DNA of 64,000 nt from Harriotta raleighana (taxonomy: Eukaryota), in contig JBNZDD010013679.1 of assembly GCA_050575255.1 (NCBI GenBank), positions 1,973,367 through 2,037,366 on the forward strand, given 5' to 3'. Positions 1 through 14,731 of the stretch are shown here, piece by piece (the first letter of the stretch is position 1; each line of letters starts with the position of its first letter). The position numbers and the translations under genes were made by a program. Below the pieces are notes generated by a model. That model did not search any database. It saw nothing but the letters and a program-made list of their open reading frames with translations, and was not told the DNA's origin.

Positions 1-660
1 TGTGGAGGGCTTTAAATGTGAGGACCAGGATCTTGAATTGAATCCTCTGGATGATGGGGAGCCAAAGGAGTCGGGTGATGGTGGGGGAGATGGGGTCACA
101 GAGCTTGGAATGGTAAAGGACACGGGCCGTAGAGTTTTGGATCATCTGCAACCTGTGGAGGGAGAAATTGGGAAGGCCGACAAGCAGGGCTTTTGCATAG
201 TCAAACCGAGATGTAATGTAAGCATAAATGAGGGTTTCAGCGGCCTTGGGGGTGAGGTAATGGTGGAGTTGGGCAATATTGTGGAGGTGAGGGTAAGGAA
301 GAGCGGGTCATTGCTTGAATGTGGGGGAGGAAACACGGTTGAGGATCGAACAAAACACCTAGGTTCCTGACTCGCTTGGTGAGGTGGAGGGTTCAAACAT
401 GGAGGTTGATGCTGTCAGGGTCTGATGTGTGAAGGTACTGCCGCGAACCAATCAGTAGGGCCTCGGTCTTGTTGATATTCAATTGTAGAATGTTAGCTCT
501 CATCCAGGACTAGATGTCTGACAGCTAGTCTGTCAGGATAGTAGTGGCATTTGAGTCGAGGGTAGAGGCAGAAAGATAGCGTTGGGTATCATCTGCCTAC
601 TTGTGGAAATTAACCCCATGTCTGCGGATGATGTCACCTGTGGGAGTATGTAGATGTTGA
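1..660 (-). mobile_element. L2 LINE ORF2 (RT) fragment, degenerate
   Basis: Minus strand carries an eroded xADDTQ RT motif near 585-605 and NINKTEALL / RNLGV-type downstream motifs. Confidence 0.8.
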
Positions 661-850
661 ACATACATGCACACACCACTTTCACTCAGCCACACAAGTA
701 CATATACATACTCTGAAGACTTTCTCTCTCACACACACACACAAAAACACACATTCATATGCCGTTTATGCAGACTTGTACACACATATACACACACCAT
801 AGAAACTTGCACATAAACATGCATATACACAAACATATAGACATACACCC
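661..850. repeat. CA-rich low-complexity tract
   Basis: Degenerate (CA)/(CATA) repeats. Confidence 0.7.
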
Positions 851-2704
851 ATTCATTTAAACAGATATCCAGATCACAAACATTTGCGTTTGTCCATAAA
901 ATATGCAGTTACTACACCTTACAATAAATCTGTGCAGCACTTTGAGATATCTTCCTGATGCCCCTCTGAGATGAAGAGGTACTAGTGGGAATGAAGGAGA
1001 ATAGCTTCAGTTTTGTCGGTGTTGAACTGGAGAAATGTTAAGGCTTATTCAGGACTTCACCTCTCTAAAAACAGCAGTGGTCCTGGAGTTAGGGGGTAGA
1101 GACAGAAAGATAGAGTTTTGTGTCATCTCCAAACATGTTCAACGCAGACTATTCACCCTATCGATGTCTGGCTGCAGATTTGACCTGCTGCCAGTGGGAT
1201 TGTCACAATAACTGAACTCAAAATTGCCATGGATATCATTGGACTTCTGGATGGCATTGGACTGCCAGTTCTTCAGATACTGATTTATCATAGAATTAAT
1301 ACAGTTTTCCATAAATTAGCATTCAGTAGCTCAATAGGACAGTCTAATTATTATTGTAGGCAGATTAGAGCCCAACCATTGTCACAAAATCAAAAGAGGA
1401 CCGATAGCTGGGATCAGATGGGATCACTTATCTTTGGAACAATAACTTGCATTTACATAGCTCCCTTCATGTGGGGTAGCCCTTTTCAACATGTTTAACA
1501 GTGGCAGGGCCTGACAATGAGTTGAGAAGAGGGAGGAGGTGACAGTAAGCAAGGTCAAAGAGGAATGACTTCACTCATTATCTAAAAGAGTGGAAGGAGT
1601 GAGCAAGATGGAGGGATTGGTGAAGAGAGTTGTAAAGCTTCAGGGCACAGCTGAACGTTGAAAGTGCAGAACAGATGTTAGGATTAGGGGTTCAAAAGTC
1701 CCATTGGATTTTGAAATGACAGTCTAGGTTTGAGGTCCAATAGGAGCACTGCATTGTTGGAAGAACCTATAGATGAGGCATTGAGACATCAAATGGAAGT
1801 TCTGTGTTCCTGTCCAAATGGATGTTGAGGACAACCTCAGCAACAACAAATTATATTTGTATTGCACCTTTCATGTTGGGAGAACATCCCAAGGTGCTGA
1901 AAAGTCAGGCATTTGGACCCAAGTAGCGGATTGGGATCAGTGGAACATATGTGAGTGGGGTACAGTTGAACAACAACAAAATTAAATTTTTATAGCACCT
2001 TTCACATTGGAAGGTCGTCACCAGGCGCTGAACAATCAGTGTTTCAGATGAACTGGGATTCAAAATCGGGGAGGGTTGAGAGCTGGGGGAGGGAGGGTGA
2101 CCAAAGACACGGTTGAAATGGAGGGTCTTGAGATGGGTCCTGAAGGTGGCAAGAGAAGGAGCGAGGTGGCGAGGAGGAATGGAGTTTCATGGACCCCAGG
2201 GATTCCATGGCAGAAAAAAGAAGGGAGTTTCTCCCAGGGTTATGGCAAAAAATCCCTCAGATAAAAATTGGTCACTCACCTCATGGCTGTTTATGGTACA
2301 TTACTGTGAAAGCAAATTGGCTGCTGTATTCCTCTACAAAAATTAGTCACTACAAATCGGGTGAAGTGCTTTGAGGTTTCCTCCCAATATGACAGAGGCA
2401 ATATCAAATGCGAGGATTATATTTTTAATTTTATGGAATGATAATTGCTGTGGAGCAAAGTCTACTGCATGAAGATGAAATGTTCATTAAGCTCCATTAA
2501 CTACAGGAATTGTTTCCAAAAGGAAAATGGAAGGCAGAAGAAACTGAGGCCAAGCACAGAAATAAAGAGATTACCAGGTCAGTACAAAATTAATCTTATT
2601 GATGCTTCATTCCAGGAACACAGGAGGGGCAGATGTTCAAAAAAGTTTTTCATGGACATCAGATAAGAACTGGCAGTTATTTGTCAATATGTTATAACCT
2701 AAGT

Positions 2705-3586
2705 TTCCTCCAACTTCCTCCAACTCAACATCAACAAGACGGAGGCCCTCCTGAATTGCTTGCATCAGCACCTCCACACCTCAGGTGCTGACAACATCAG
2801 TATTCAAGGCTGCTCTCTCCACCTCTCGAAGCCAATCAGGAATCTGGGCATCTTGTTTGACCCTGAACTGTCCTGCCTCCCTCATATCTGCTCCATGACC
2901 GGCATCTCCTTCCACCACCTCCGCAATATTGCCAGATTCTACCACTACCTCTCCCCCCATGCTGCCAAAACACTCATACATGCCTTCATCACATCTAGAG
3001 TCAACTACGGGAACTCTCTCCTCATCAGCCTTCCCAACTCCTCCCTTCACAGGCTGCAGATCATTCAGAAATCTGCAGTTCATGTACTCTCCTGCACTAG
3101 GCTCCGCGACCACATCACTTCCATCCTCGCCCGTCTCCACTGGCTCCCCATCCCCAGAGGTTCAAATTCAAGATCCTCGTCCTCACTTTCAAGACCATTC
3201 ATGGCCTTGCCTCTGCCTATCTCTCCGACCTGCTGTCTCCCTATCAGCCTGCCTGCCCCGTCAGCTCAGCAGACTTTGGCCTGCTCCGCGTCTACCGCCC
3301 TAACTGCCCAACCATCGGTGACCTCCCAGCCCCCACACTCGGGAACTCCATCCCGCAATCCCTTTGGTTCACTTCCTCCCTTTCCTCCTTCAAGGCCGGT
3401 CTCAAGAACTTTTCGACCGTGCCTTCGGCTCCTCTCCTAACTCTTCCCCCTCTCCTACTCTCCTTCCCCTTCCCCCTACTCTGACCCTTCCCATCCTACT
3501 CGGGTCCCAACCTGATTGTTCAGTGCCTTGGGACGTCCTCCGATGTGAAAGGAGCTCTATAAATGTAATTTTGCAGTTGTTGTTGT
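2705..3586 (+). mobile_element. L2 LINE 3' fragment (end of ORF2 plus tail)
   Basis: ORF 2760..3440 has RNLGILFDPELS, HAFITSRVNYGNSLL, HITSILARLHWLP (L2 C-terminus); tail gtgccttgggacgtcctccgatgtgaaagg...(TTG)n. Confidence 0.9.
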
Positions 3587-6500
3587 AGATTATATGGACT
3601 AATGGGGGTGAGATACCATTGTTGAGCCGTAATTTATGGCTATGTGTAATTAAAATGCCGGTAACCAGCATTGTAATCATTTGAATCTCATGAGCAGAAG
3701 CCAATGACTAAGTGACCTTCGCCTCTCAGAATTTAAATTCAGTCAAATTCAATATCCCTGGCCACTGAAGGCATCAAGTACAGTAGGGGGTGGTGGGGGG
3801 GGGGGAGACATGTGAGAAGAGTGGCCAGCGGAGTCTACATCTGCGTGGGCTTGGGGAAATGTTTGTTACTTTTTCTGTTTCAGTACTGGCCCTAGACATG
3901 AAATCCAGACACTCAGAATATGATAAGCCAAGGGTTATCGTATTTCCAGTTGTAAAGTAACAACAACAACAAAATTGCATTAATAGAGCACGCACCTTGG
4001 GAGTATGTCCCAAGGCGCTGAAACAGACTTTGGACAGGAACTAGGACCTCGGGAAGGACAGCTTGGGCAATGGAGCCTGTTCCATCTGGAGGAGGTGATA
4101 ATGCCCAATCTCTCTATTCACTCTGGCATGCTGGCTCTGAGACTCTACCTTATGTGAGTGCGCTATATAAATGCAAGTTATTGTCATTGTTGTAGAGGGC
4201 GGAAACCCTGATCTGGCCCAGGGAGCATGAAACCTCAGCCACATAGTTGGCCAAGATTAGTTCATGTTTAGAGTCGGGGAGGGGGGATTGTGAGTGCTCA
4301 GGTATGTAAGATGGTGGGAGGCACTGCCCACCCAGTTGCCTGTACTACTGCATGATTATTGTATCGTGTTGCTATTACAGCTATCTCCCCCCCATGTCCC
4401 CCAACCAGTGAAATTAAATGTGTTATAGGGAGTCTCTGTACATGCCTGGTTTGAGGGGATGGGGGGATATTCATACTGCAACACAATAATAATTTATTTG
4501 GGCCTTGTTTCTTAATGGAATTCCTTAGTAAGGAATAAGAAATACCACAAATTAGACTATTGTTTTGAATTTACAGGAAAGTGAAACTTGCAAGCACTTC
4601 AAGAATCCAAACAGAGTGAAAGGCCTATATAAATATAAAGTTGTTGTTGTTGAGTCTTCACAAGTGTTTAAGAGATGAAGTGCATATATTTATGTATAAG
4701 CTGGGAGCTTGTACACAATGAGTAAAGTAAAAATGTTCACACTAATAATCCTTGCATTTGACATAGCACCTTATCGCATCTTCTATACATCTCAAAGTGT
4801 CTTGACTTTATGTTTTACAGTCAAACGCAAAAGCCAATTGCACACAGCAGTGACCCAAAAACAATGTGGAAAGATGGGAGGGTGTTCACATTGTATAATG
4901 GAGATTGCACGAGTGGCGACATTGTGAGACAAAAAGAATGTTTACACACAAAATGTATGAAAGATGGGAGATAGTCTAAATCTGTGTGAGATAGAGAGAG
5001 TTTATATTGGAGAGTGTTTACCTGTATATATATATACACGTGTATGAGAGCAAATCAGAGGAAGATACTTGAAACACTGGAAACATGTGAGCTTCAGCTG
5101 CTGTAACAATTTTCCTGGTGTGCCGATATTACATGTTCCACTCTATGAATCCTCCTGATAATGTCAGCACCGACCCAGGAGCTGCTGGACCTGCTCTGAT
5201 ATGGTCAATCTACCATATCAGAGCAGGTCCAAAGGTCCCTATCTTAGGAGGAACTGCTTCACATAGTAGAGGTATAGCCAACTTGCAGCCTGCATGACTA
5301 TTCTATGCACATGGAGGATGGTGACAATATGGAGCTCAATGCTGGAAGCTGTGGTTGCACAAAAAATAACAATGGTTTAAAGGGAAATGTGATGCATATA
5401 TGAGGATGAAGGGAATAGAGGATGGGGGCAATAAGAGGGGTGGAGGCTCATATAGAGTATAAACAGCAGCACAGGTTCATTGGTTCAAGGGATCTGTATC
5501 ATTCTGGGTATTTTTATGAATAGGTCGAGACCTATTGACGGGATTTTCCGTAATGCTCTAAACCTTTGTCAGTGAATCCCCATTGGAATCCATCCCTTTT
5601 TCGACCCTGTTACTGGATTTTTCCTGTCTCCATACAATGAAGCTTTGATTTTTCTGCAGACTTTGACTGCCATTCTGGAACCAGCTATTTTTCTAAATAA
5701 AAAGATGTGTTGTGTAATGGTTGCATTCTCGCAAACAGTATCCAATACGTGATTTGTGATTACCCCTCTGGTTTTAATGTATCAGCACTGCTTATAATGA
5801 AAAAGCTCTTTAAATCCCAGGCAGTTTATTGATGGCTCATATCAATGGTCCTATAGTGGCTGCAGGATACCAGTAAACTTGAACATTGCTCTGCCTGAAG
5901 GCACAGCTTAATTAGATGCGAGCAGCCTGCATCGTATAAGCTTGCTGAACGTAACCTTCATTCCAATGAAAATGCTTCAGTCCCAGGAGTGAAACAAGTG
6001 AAACTTTCACATGCCCCATGAATTTGTTTTTTGCAAAATTATAATGAGTTTCTGGATGTTTACTGTTTTTGTCTTACGCCAAATCGATAGCTTCTAAAAC
6101 CCTAAATGTTGAATAACCCTGCAGTTGCACTTGACCAGAAAGGATTCAAGTCTTCTCAATTCGTAAATCAATAATAAAAGGGTAGTTGAAGAGTGAGCCA
6201 AAACCAGTCCGTTTACATATTTAGAAAAAAAATTGTGGAAAAAAAATGTCCTTTTTGCTCAGTTCATTTTATCTGAAAGAAATTTGAGGAAAATCACAAA
6301 ATAATCCTTGTATTTGATATGATGCATCATTATGTTGGTTAAATGTCACAAAGCAATACACAGTGTAGTAACTGTGTATTTTTTGACCCAGAGTCCCTTC
6401 GACTCGCCCCCTCCCTTGCTTCCTTCAAGTCTCAAGGCCCTCCTCTTCGACCGTCACGCCTTTGGTCACCCTTCAACCTTCCCTGCCCTACATCCCTCCT

Positions 6501-9500
6501 GATCCTAACCACCAAAGCGGGTCCAAATCCGAAACTTTCCAGCGCCTTGGGATGTCCTCCTGACATCATTGAGATGTCTCCAAGCACTTCACAGGATATA
6601 CTGCAAAGTATGTATTTCATAGATGAATGCAGTAACCAATTTGTGCACACAAATGCCCCATAAAGAGCCATTAAATGAAGGATTAATTTTATCTCGGGAA
6701 CTGTTTGCCCAAAATTAGTAACGTAGTATAGCACTTTTGTTCTAAATCCCACCTTTCCACCCCCATAAAAATATAAATAAGTGTCCCAAAAGTGCTCTGT
6801 TGCAGTGTAATTGGAATATATTTGAATTTACACAGAAAACAGCAGCTCCGTATGCTGAACCAGTATCATCCGTGACACTGCCACCTAGGGTAGCTTCCTA
6901 TTACCAGCTGAACAAAGCTGCTTCAAGGTCACAATGAACTATGAACCACGATAAATCGTACAGAAAAAGAGATTGATATTAAAAAATGAAAAGCACAAAT
7001 GTTTAATAGCTGAAACAAAATGCAGGTTTATTTCTTCTGCGTCTAGGCACTTGCCTGTCTGCATTTCTTTTGTCCTGGGGAGAGTAGGAGTCTGTGAGAT
7101 TCTTCATCACTGCTCCTATTGCTGCCTTTGTGATCAGCTGGCTCTGAGAAGGATTCAAATGAAGCAACGTAGCCCCTTCCCCCCCTTTACCCTCTTCAAT
7201 TGTTTTCTCTCCTCGGGCTGAATACACTTGCATATTGTCCACTATCCTGCAGCAGGAGTGAGAGAGAGCTGTTAAAATGCACCCATTTGAGGCAGGTGAG
7301 TTTGAGTGACAGCGTACCCCTAGGGCTCGAACTCCTGACCTCTTATTTGAGATGGAAATGCTCAGCTGTTTCAGTTTCTTTCACAGCCCCTAAAAGTAGG
7401 GGGGACGGAATCAAGTTAAATGCTTTTAATCTGTAGATATTCCTTTGTACATTTCCTCACCCACACACATACACCCCACAATTAATGTGTTAAACCTATA
7501 ATGAGATACCAAACATTAGCAATGCTAAAAGTGTTCATTAAAATTCAGTGTTAAGATTAATCCCCTCTGTTAATACAGCATTCGAATTAAGCTGTGTACT
7601 GTGTGAAAGAATCCATGCATGTATTAATTCCATGAGTCTGAAAACACATTCTTTAAACTAGTAACATCCCGTTGGAAATGAGTCTTCTCTAAATACAAAA
7701 TCAAGCAGCCAGCCAGCTCGCAATCTCAGTGCAGTCAAATCAATTTAGTAGTGCAGCTGATATTAAATTCAACCACTGGAATAAATTCATACACTGTAAT
7801 TGTCAGGCAAAGCCTCAGCTGGAAGAAATAAGTGCCCGATTTTCGAATAAGAACAATGTATTTTTAATTTTTATTACAGTTTTAAAATTAGCCTGGAAAG
7901 CCAGGTTATTTGAGTTCCCACAGCTTCAAAAGAGATACTCCTTGTACCGCTCACATCTTGAAACATTAGTGGTCAGCATCCTCCCAGAACTCTCTGTAAT
8001 GCTGCTGTATGACTCATTATGTAAATGAAACATGAAGAAATCTGTCAGAGGGAGACAGTCCTTTTTGAAAACTGAGTGGGTTGGAATATATAGATATATA
8101 GGAAAAGCAAAGAAAAATGGTAATTGAAGGAGAAAATAGATGAAGGATACAATGTTGATGCCAAGACTAAAGAAGAGAAAGCGTGATGTAAAACAGTTAC
8201 CCAAATGCCACAAAAGAGGCATAGGTATGACATATTACCAGTCCCCACTTTTTGGCAGTGACATTTCATTATATGAGAGATGGTACCATTGATAGCACCA
8301 GGATACTGCAATAACTTAGCTTTGACTCTCTGATGTTGCCTTAATGGTTTCTGTTTGTGAAAGAACACAGTCAACTTTGCAAAGATTACTATGTTCGGAA
8401 AACCGTAACCCATCAATGTTTCATTGAAACACTGAACATACATTGGGAGTCGGTAGATACAAAAAATCCAGGAAAGCAATGTGGCTTTCCCTCTGGATAA
8501 TCTTAACAAAACCAGTTATGTCAGTCCAGCAGTTAAAATGTACTTGCCGCCTATCATTTACTAGAGTTTAGAGTTCCAGATAAAATGCCATAATGTGTGA
8601 ATCAATCTGGCATTGGACATATACAGCTCAGCAAACAAATCAATTCTGCCTGCATTTTCTAAATTGGTTTCATTCTTATTTCCCCTCTCTTCCCACCACT
8701 TCTCTCCCTACCCCTCCCCCTCCCCAACACACACACAAACACACACTATACCAGGCATTAGGTTGATCTTTTTTGTATTTTTCCCTCTACTGTTTTCTAG
8801 TCTTACTATTATTGGCCAGCACACAATGGTTAGCCCAAATAAGAAATAATCAACTCCTCTAAAGGTTGTTTTGTGCCATTGCTATGAGTAATTGTGCTGC
8901 CGTGTTTGAATACAAATGCAGTCACTCCATTTCACACTAAAGTTTGCGAAACACTTTGAGACAGTCTTCTGATATGATAATATGCTTTACCAAATGCAAG
9001 GATTATTATTAGTATTGTTCTATGTCCGCAAAGAAAACGCTTTAATGACTCCAGCTTTTTCACCTTCTGAACTCCATCCAGTTAGCCCAGAACGAGCACA
9101 TTAAGCAGATGTTCAAATTAAATCATAATTTTCACTGAAATTACCAAAGATTTTTTTTGCGTGTTCATTACCATCCCGGCTTCAAACAGAAGAATTCTTT
9201 CACCCCTCCTGAAAAATGCTCTGGCTTTTATTTTATGAATAAAAAGTATTGATTTATTCATTAGCATCAACAGTGATGGATTGAATTGGCTACAAGGACT
9301 TGACATGAGTTCTACAGCCTGTGTGGCTCATCAAGTAGTGTGCAGACTTGTCTTTAACCCTAATAACTAGGGCAAGGCTAGATGGACAAGTGCCAACGGT
9401 GTGTTTATCTTGTCCAGAATACTGTCTGTCCAGCACCTTGGGGCGTCCTCCTGAGGTGAAACGCACTACAAATGTAATTGTTTTGATGTTGTTGTCATCC

Positions 9501-11267
9501 ATGTGAATCCTGGGTGCAAAGTTTCTGCTGTAGCTGTTTCACAGTTCAATATATTTTGGGTTAGCCGGGTTTCTGGCCCTTGCGGAAACCCACCACCATG
9601 CTAAAGAGCATCCAAATCAAACTGAGAATTCTATGCATCCTATCTATACATATGGAAATTCCCAAAATATTTATTGGAATGGAATGTATACTTTCTGCCT
9701 GGAGGAATGCTTCCTGTTTACCTAATCCTGGAGATTGTTAGGGCCAAGTCTTGCGTGTGCATGGGGTAACTATTGGATTCTAACCAGTTAAACCCACATA
9801 GCTTGCCATTGATCTCACTGTCTGTCAAGCTTTTCTACTGCTTGTCTAGCTAGGATATTCTTATCTGTTAAAGCCATAACTTGCAGGGTTAACAGGAGCT
9901 AAGTGGGAAGAATCCTTGCCCCCCAATGAGTGGTCTGCCCTTCCAAGTTTTACCAATGCGCCAGGCTGGCTGTGCTGTCATAAACAATGTCCAGGAATAC
10001 TGGCGGACGTTTCTGGTTAAGGAAGCCATTGAGACCACTATACCGGATTGGCTTGACTCCCAACAATCCATTGCCAGACACGTCACTTTGGAGCCAGTTC
10101 AATGCAACCCAGTGGGGAAAACATGGCTGCAAATGACTTTGTCCTCTATTGATGTAAATAGATACAGCCTGAGGGTTGCTTAGCACTATATTGCTTGCAC
10201 AGGAAGATAGATTTGTTAAGATTCATTTTTTGGAGGGAGCAGTTTTGCTGGTTGTTATAGTAATCATGGTGGTGGTGATGTCAGCGAAGAAAGGAGGGTT
10301 TGGTTTGCCTTAATCACTAATCCTTTATTCAGTTTATCATCAACCTGACATCCTGGTTTACAATAAACATTTGTGGGAGGGGTGAACCACCGGTGCTCCT
10401 TTGAGCACAGGGCAGAAAGTGCCTTGCAGACCAGTACAGTGGTTCAAAGTAAGCCATTAATCAAGTACCCAATGGAGATCAGACTCCCTGGAGCATTGTC
10501 CTCAGCTGGGCAGAAATCCAGCCATGTAACCTCATGGCAGTCAATGGAACCCTATTTATTGTTACATTTGCATCCAGACCATATGGCTGTACCAAACCAT
10601 ATGTCTCTTTTTCCCTTGTGGGCTGCTGATTTTCCCCAATTTGTGCATTAAAATGCTCGAATCCTTTCACTAAGAAATTACATTGGCCTTTTGCTGTTGG
10701 CAAGATGCCCTACCACATGCCATTCTGAAATGTAACTTCCCCCTGCACTTAATTGCTTAGGTTAACATATTCAACTAGGGAAGAATGCACATTGGGATCA
10801 TGTTGGGTACCTGTGTAATCAGGAAAACCTTCTCTTTGCTGAATATACCATCAAAGCGATTTTGAAAATGCCATGCCTTAGTCGAGGCTGACAATCCAAT
10901 GCAGAGCTGCATTGACCCACTACTATTTTTCTCGTTTATATTTTACATCCAATATCCATTGCCTTTTGTCACATAACAACCCTCTCACCCATTGAACTCT
11001 TCACTTCAACAGTAGTAACAGCAGTCACTCCACCGTTTGTTCAGGTCTGCCTTTTACTCAAGGGGAAAAAGTGTAAAGTTTATTACAAATATGTTTGGTT
11101 GGGAAACAAAATTCTAGTGGATGTTGTTGCGGAAGTCCACTCGTGACTTACTTTTGAGGTGTACACCATTCTCAGAAAATAGTTTTGAACTTCCACAAAT
11201 TCATCACGCTCACAGACATTGTTTATATATGTGAACATTTTTGTTTATCGGTTTGATTCCCGGCCAA

Positions 11268-11495
11268 GGAAGAATCTTGAGTAAGTTTCCTTACTCCACA
11301 CTCCTAATAATAATCCCTCAAAAAAAGAACAATAATTATTTGGTCACTCAATCTACAACAGTTTGTGGGACACTTCTATGTGCAATTGGCAGCCGGTTTC
11401 GCCCACAAATATACAGTATATTCTGTAAAACTCTTTGAGATGTCTAGAAGACATGAAAAGCGCTATATCAAATGCAAGGATTATTATTATTATTG
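11268..11495 (+). mobile_element. Deu-domain SINE, 5'-truncated
   Basis: B-box ggtttgattcc, core and (TAT)n tail as in other copies. Confidence 0.8.
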
Positions 11496-11647
11496 TTGAA
11501 CATGTCATCTTTCAGCCTAGACATTAAACCGAGGTCCCGTCTGGCTGCTCAGTTGGATGTAAAAGATCCCATGGCATTATTGGAGAACAGAATGGATTTC
11601 TCCCAGTGCCCTGGCCAACAATATTCCAGATAAAATTGGCCATTTTT

Positions 11648-12890
11648 ATAGAATTATAAAATCATAGAATTTTACAGCACAAAAAGAGGCTATTTGACCA
11701 ATCGTTTCTGTGCCGGATTTTTGAAATGAGCTATCCAAAGTAAATCCCACTCCCTGACTCTCTTCCCACAGCCCCACAAACCTGTCCTCTCTAAATAAAC
11801 ATCCATCTCTCTTTTAAAAGTTGTTGTCAAATTGGACTCAACCACCCTTTCAGGCAATGCATTCCAGATTCGGGCAACTCGCTGTGTGAAAATGTTTCTC
11901 CTCACCTCCCCTCTGCTTCTTTTAGAAACTATTTTAAATTGGTGACCTTGAGTCACTGACATACCCACCAATGGAAACAGTTTTTCCCTGGTTACCCTTT
12001 CGAATGCCCTCATGATTTTGAAAACCTCTAGTAGATCTTCTCTAAAGCATTTAATTCTAGCCTCTCTAGCCTTTCCTCACAGCTGAAGTGCCTCATTCCT
12101 GGTACCATCCTGGTAAATCTCCTCTGCACCCTTTCCAACGCCTTAACATCCTTTCCAAGTGTGGTGCCCAGAACTGAACATAATACTCCAGCTGAGGCCT
12201 AATCAGCGTTTTATATAGGTTCGTCATAACTTCCTGACTTTTGCACTCTATGCCCCTATTTATAAAGCCTAGTATCCCTATACTTTTTTAAACAACCTTA
12301 TCTATCTGTCCTGCCACCTTCAAAGATTTACTTACATGAACCGCCAGCTCTCTCCGTTCCTTCATCCTCCACTTCCCCCCACATTCTGTCCAAGTCCTCT
12401 TGCAGTCTGCTACTATCGTCCTCACTATTTACTATTTTTCCTATTTGTTTCATCTGCAAACTTGGAAATTGTATTCCCTATACCTGAATCTATATCATTT
12501 ATATATATTAAAAAGAGCAGTGGTCCAAATACTGATCCCCGGAGGACAATACTGTACACTTCCCTCCAGTCAGAAAAATAACTGTTCACCACAACTCTCT
12601 GCTTTCTGTCTCCCAGCCAATTCTGGTTCACTTGCTGCCACTGTCCCTTAAATACATCTATTTTCTATACAACTCTATTCTATTTTCCTTACAACTCTCT
12701 TATGTGACACTTTGTCAAATGATTTTTGAAAGTCCATAAAAAATACATCAACTGCACTACCTTCATCTGCCCTCTCTGTTATCTCATCAAAAAACTTTAG
12801 CAGGTTTGTTAGAAAAGATTTGCCTTTAACAAATCTGTGATGGATGTTCTTTATTAACCAATAATTTTCTAAGTGAAGCTTTATTTTGTC
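11648..12890 (-). mobile_element. CR1 LINE 3' fragment, frameshifted RT
   Basis: ORFs with HRFVKGKSFLTNLLKFF, DVFFMDFQKSFDKVSH, GSVFGPLLFLIYIND, SKFADET, FTQRVARIWNALP; TTCTAT-type tail at the left end. Confidence 0.92.
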
Positions 12891-13869
12891 CAGGACATTT
12901 TGTGTCTGTTCGTCAGACAATGCTGTGTTCAAATTGGCTACCGCGTTCACCTACAAATACCTTACAGTAAATCCTGTGACACATCTGCCCGACATGAAAG
13001 ATGCTACAACAAATTCAATGATTATTATTACATCTGATTCAAGATTATTTTTAATAGAGCTTGATTCTGGCAATTATTTCTGAGGGTAAAATTGACCCCA
13101 AATTCCATCAAGCCTTTATATTTAAAATTTAAGATGATGTAGAATTGTGGAAAAAATCTTAAATCATTCTTAGTTTAGAAGCTATCTTTGCAATGTTTTG
13201 CAATGGAGCCAGCTTCCATATTATGACTGAATTAAAGAATTTTCTACAATTCTACACAATGTTTAAATTTAAGGCAATAAAATAATAATAATTTGGCCAC
13301 TTAATCCATGACTGTTTGTGGGATACTGCCGTGTGAAATTAGCTGCTGCGTTTCACCCACAAAATATACAGTCATTTCACTTCACAGTATATTCCATGAA
13401 GTGTTTTGAGATGTCTTGAAGATGTGATAAGGCGCTATATTAGATGCAAGGGTTATTGTTATAATAATAATCTATGCATTTGCGTAATTCCTTATCACAT
13501 TGGTGAAACAACAACAACAAAATTACACTTCTATAGCACCTTTCGTGTCAGGAGGACACCCCAAGGTGCAGGCATCTCATAATGCTTCATTTGAGTTACT
13601 GTAAAGTGTAATGATGGTTGTACAAAGCAATATACATCAACAACCACGGTTTATAGACCAAAGGTTCTACAGATTTAAAGCCTAAAGAGAGTACTCAATT
13701 GACATACGGTAGTTAACAAGGAATTTTGTACATACATTAGCATTAAGCACTGTTTTATGATAAATTTTTCCAAATGACAACAATCTCAGTGGCCAGGCAT
13801 TGGTGGGTATAAACTATATATGTTTGTATAAGTCATAATCTTCGAGCTCCCAATGAGGCAAACAGAGAA

Positions 13870-14410
13870 TAATAACAACAACAAAATTACATTTGTATAG
13901 TGCCTTTCACGTTGGGAGAATGTTCCAGGGCACGGGACAGTCTGTGTTTCGGACCCGAGTTAGGGGTCGGGTTTGCGGAGGGTGGAGGGCAGGAGGGTAA
14001 TCAAAAGCACAGTGGATGAGAAGCGCCTTGAGGTGGGTTCTGAAGGAGGAGAGGGATGGAGCGAGGCAGAGGGACTGTGGTATAGTGTTCCAGAAGGTTG
14101 GGGCAGAATGGCTGAAGGCCCGTCCGCCTATGGTGGAATGGGTGAGGCAGGGGATGTGAAGCAGGCTGGAGCCTGCCGAGTTGAGTGAGCGGGCAGGTTG
14201 GTAAGGGGATAGAAGGCCGAAGAGGTGGTGAGGCCGCATATGCCTTTGAATGTGAGGAGCAGGATCTTGAACTGTATCCTCTGTGTGATGGGAAGCCAGT
14301 GGAGTATGATGAACATGGGGTGACATAGAGTCATGAAGCATGGTGCATGAGAGGACACAAGCTGCAGAGTTCTGGGTGATCTACACCTATAGAGGGAGGA
14401 CCAGGCTTGC
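13870..14410 (-). mobile_element. L2 3' fragment
   Basis: LHWLPITQRIQFKILLLTFK, GGRAFSHSAPTFWN; (CAA)n tail on the plus strand. Confidence 0.85.
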
Positions 14411-14429
14411 ACCAGACTCCGTGACCCCA

Positions 14430-14731
14430 TCACCTGTCAACCTGCCCGCTTTACGCCCGCGCTTCGTCTGCGATGATGGGCGGGCTTTCAGCCGCTCTAC
14501 CCCCATCCTCCAGACTACAGGCTGCAGTCCTTCTGTGTTGCCCGCTTCCTTGCCTCCCTCAAGATCTGTCTCAAACCTCCTCTTCAAATGTGGTCACTCT
14601 TCTTTCCCTTCTGCTCTCTACCTTCCCTGATCCTGACACCTCCCAGGGTCCAACACATTGATTGTCCAGCACGTTGGGATGTCCTCCCTATGTGAAAGGC
14701 GCTGTACAAATGTAATTTTGCTGTTGTTGTG
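14430..14731 (+). mobile_element. L2 3' fragment, inverted relative to its neighbour
   Basis: GRAFSRSTP-like segment and tail tgggatgtcctccctatgtgaaaggcgctg...ttgttg. Confidence 0.8.

Noticed and set aside
2760-3440. Longest ORF in the window (226 aa) as a host gene
   Set aside because: Frameshifted L2 ORF2 C-terminus.
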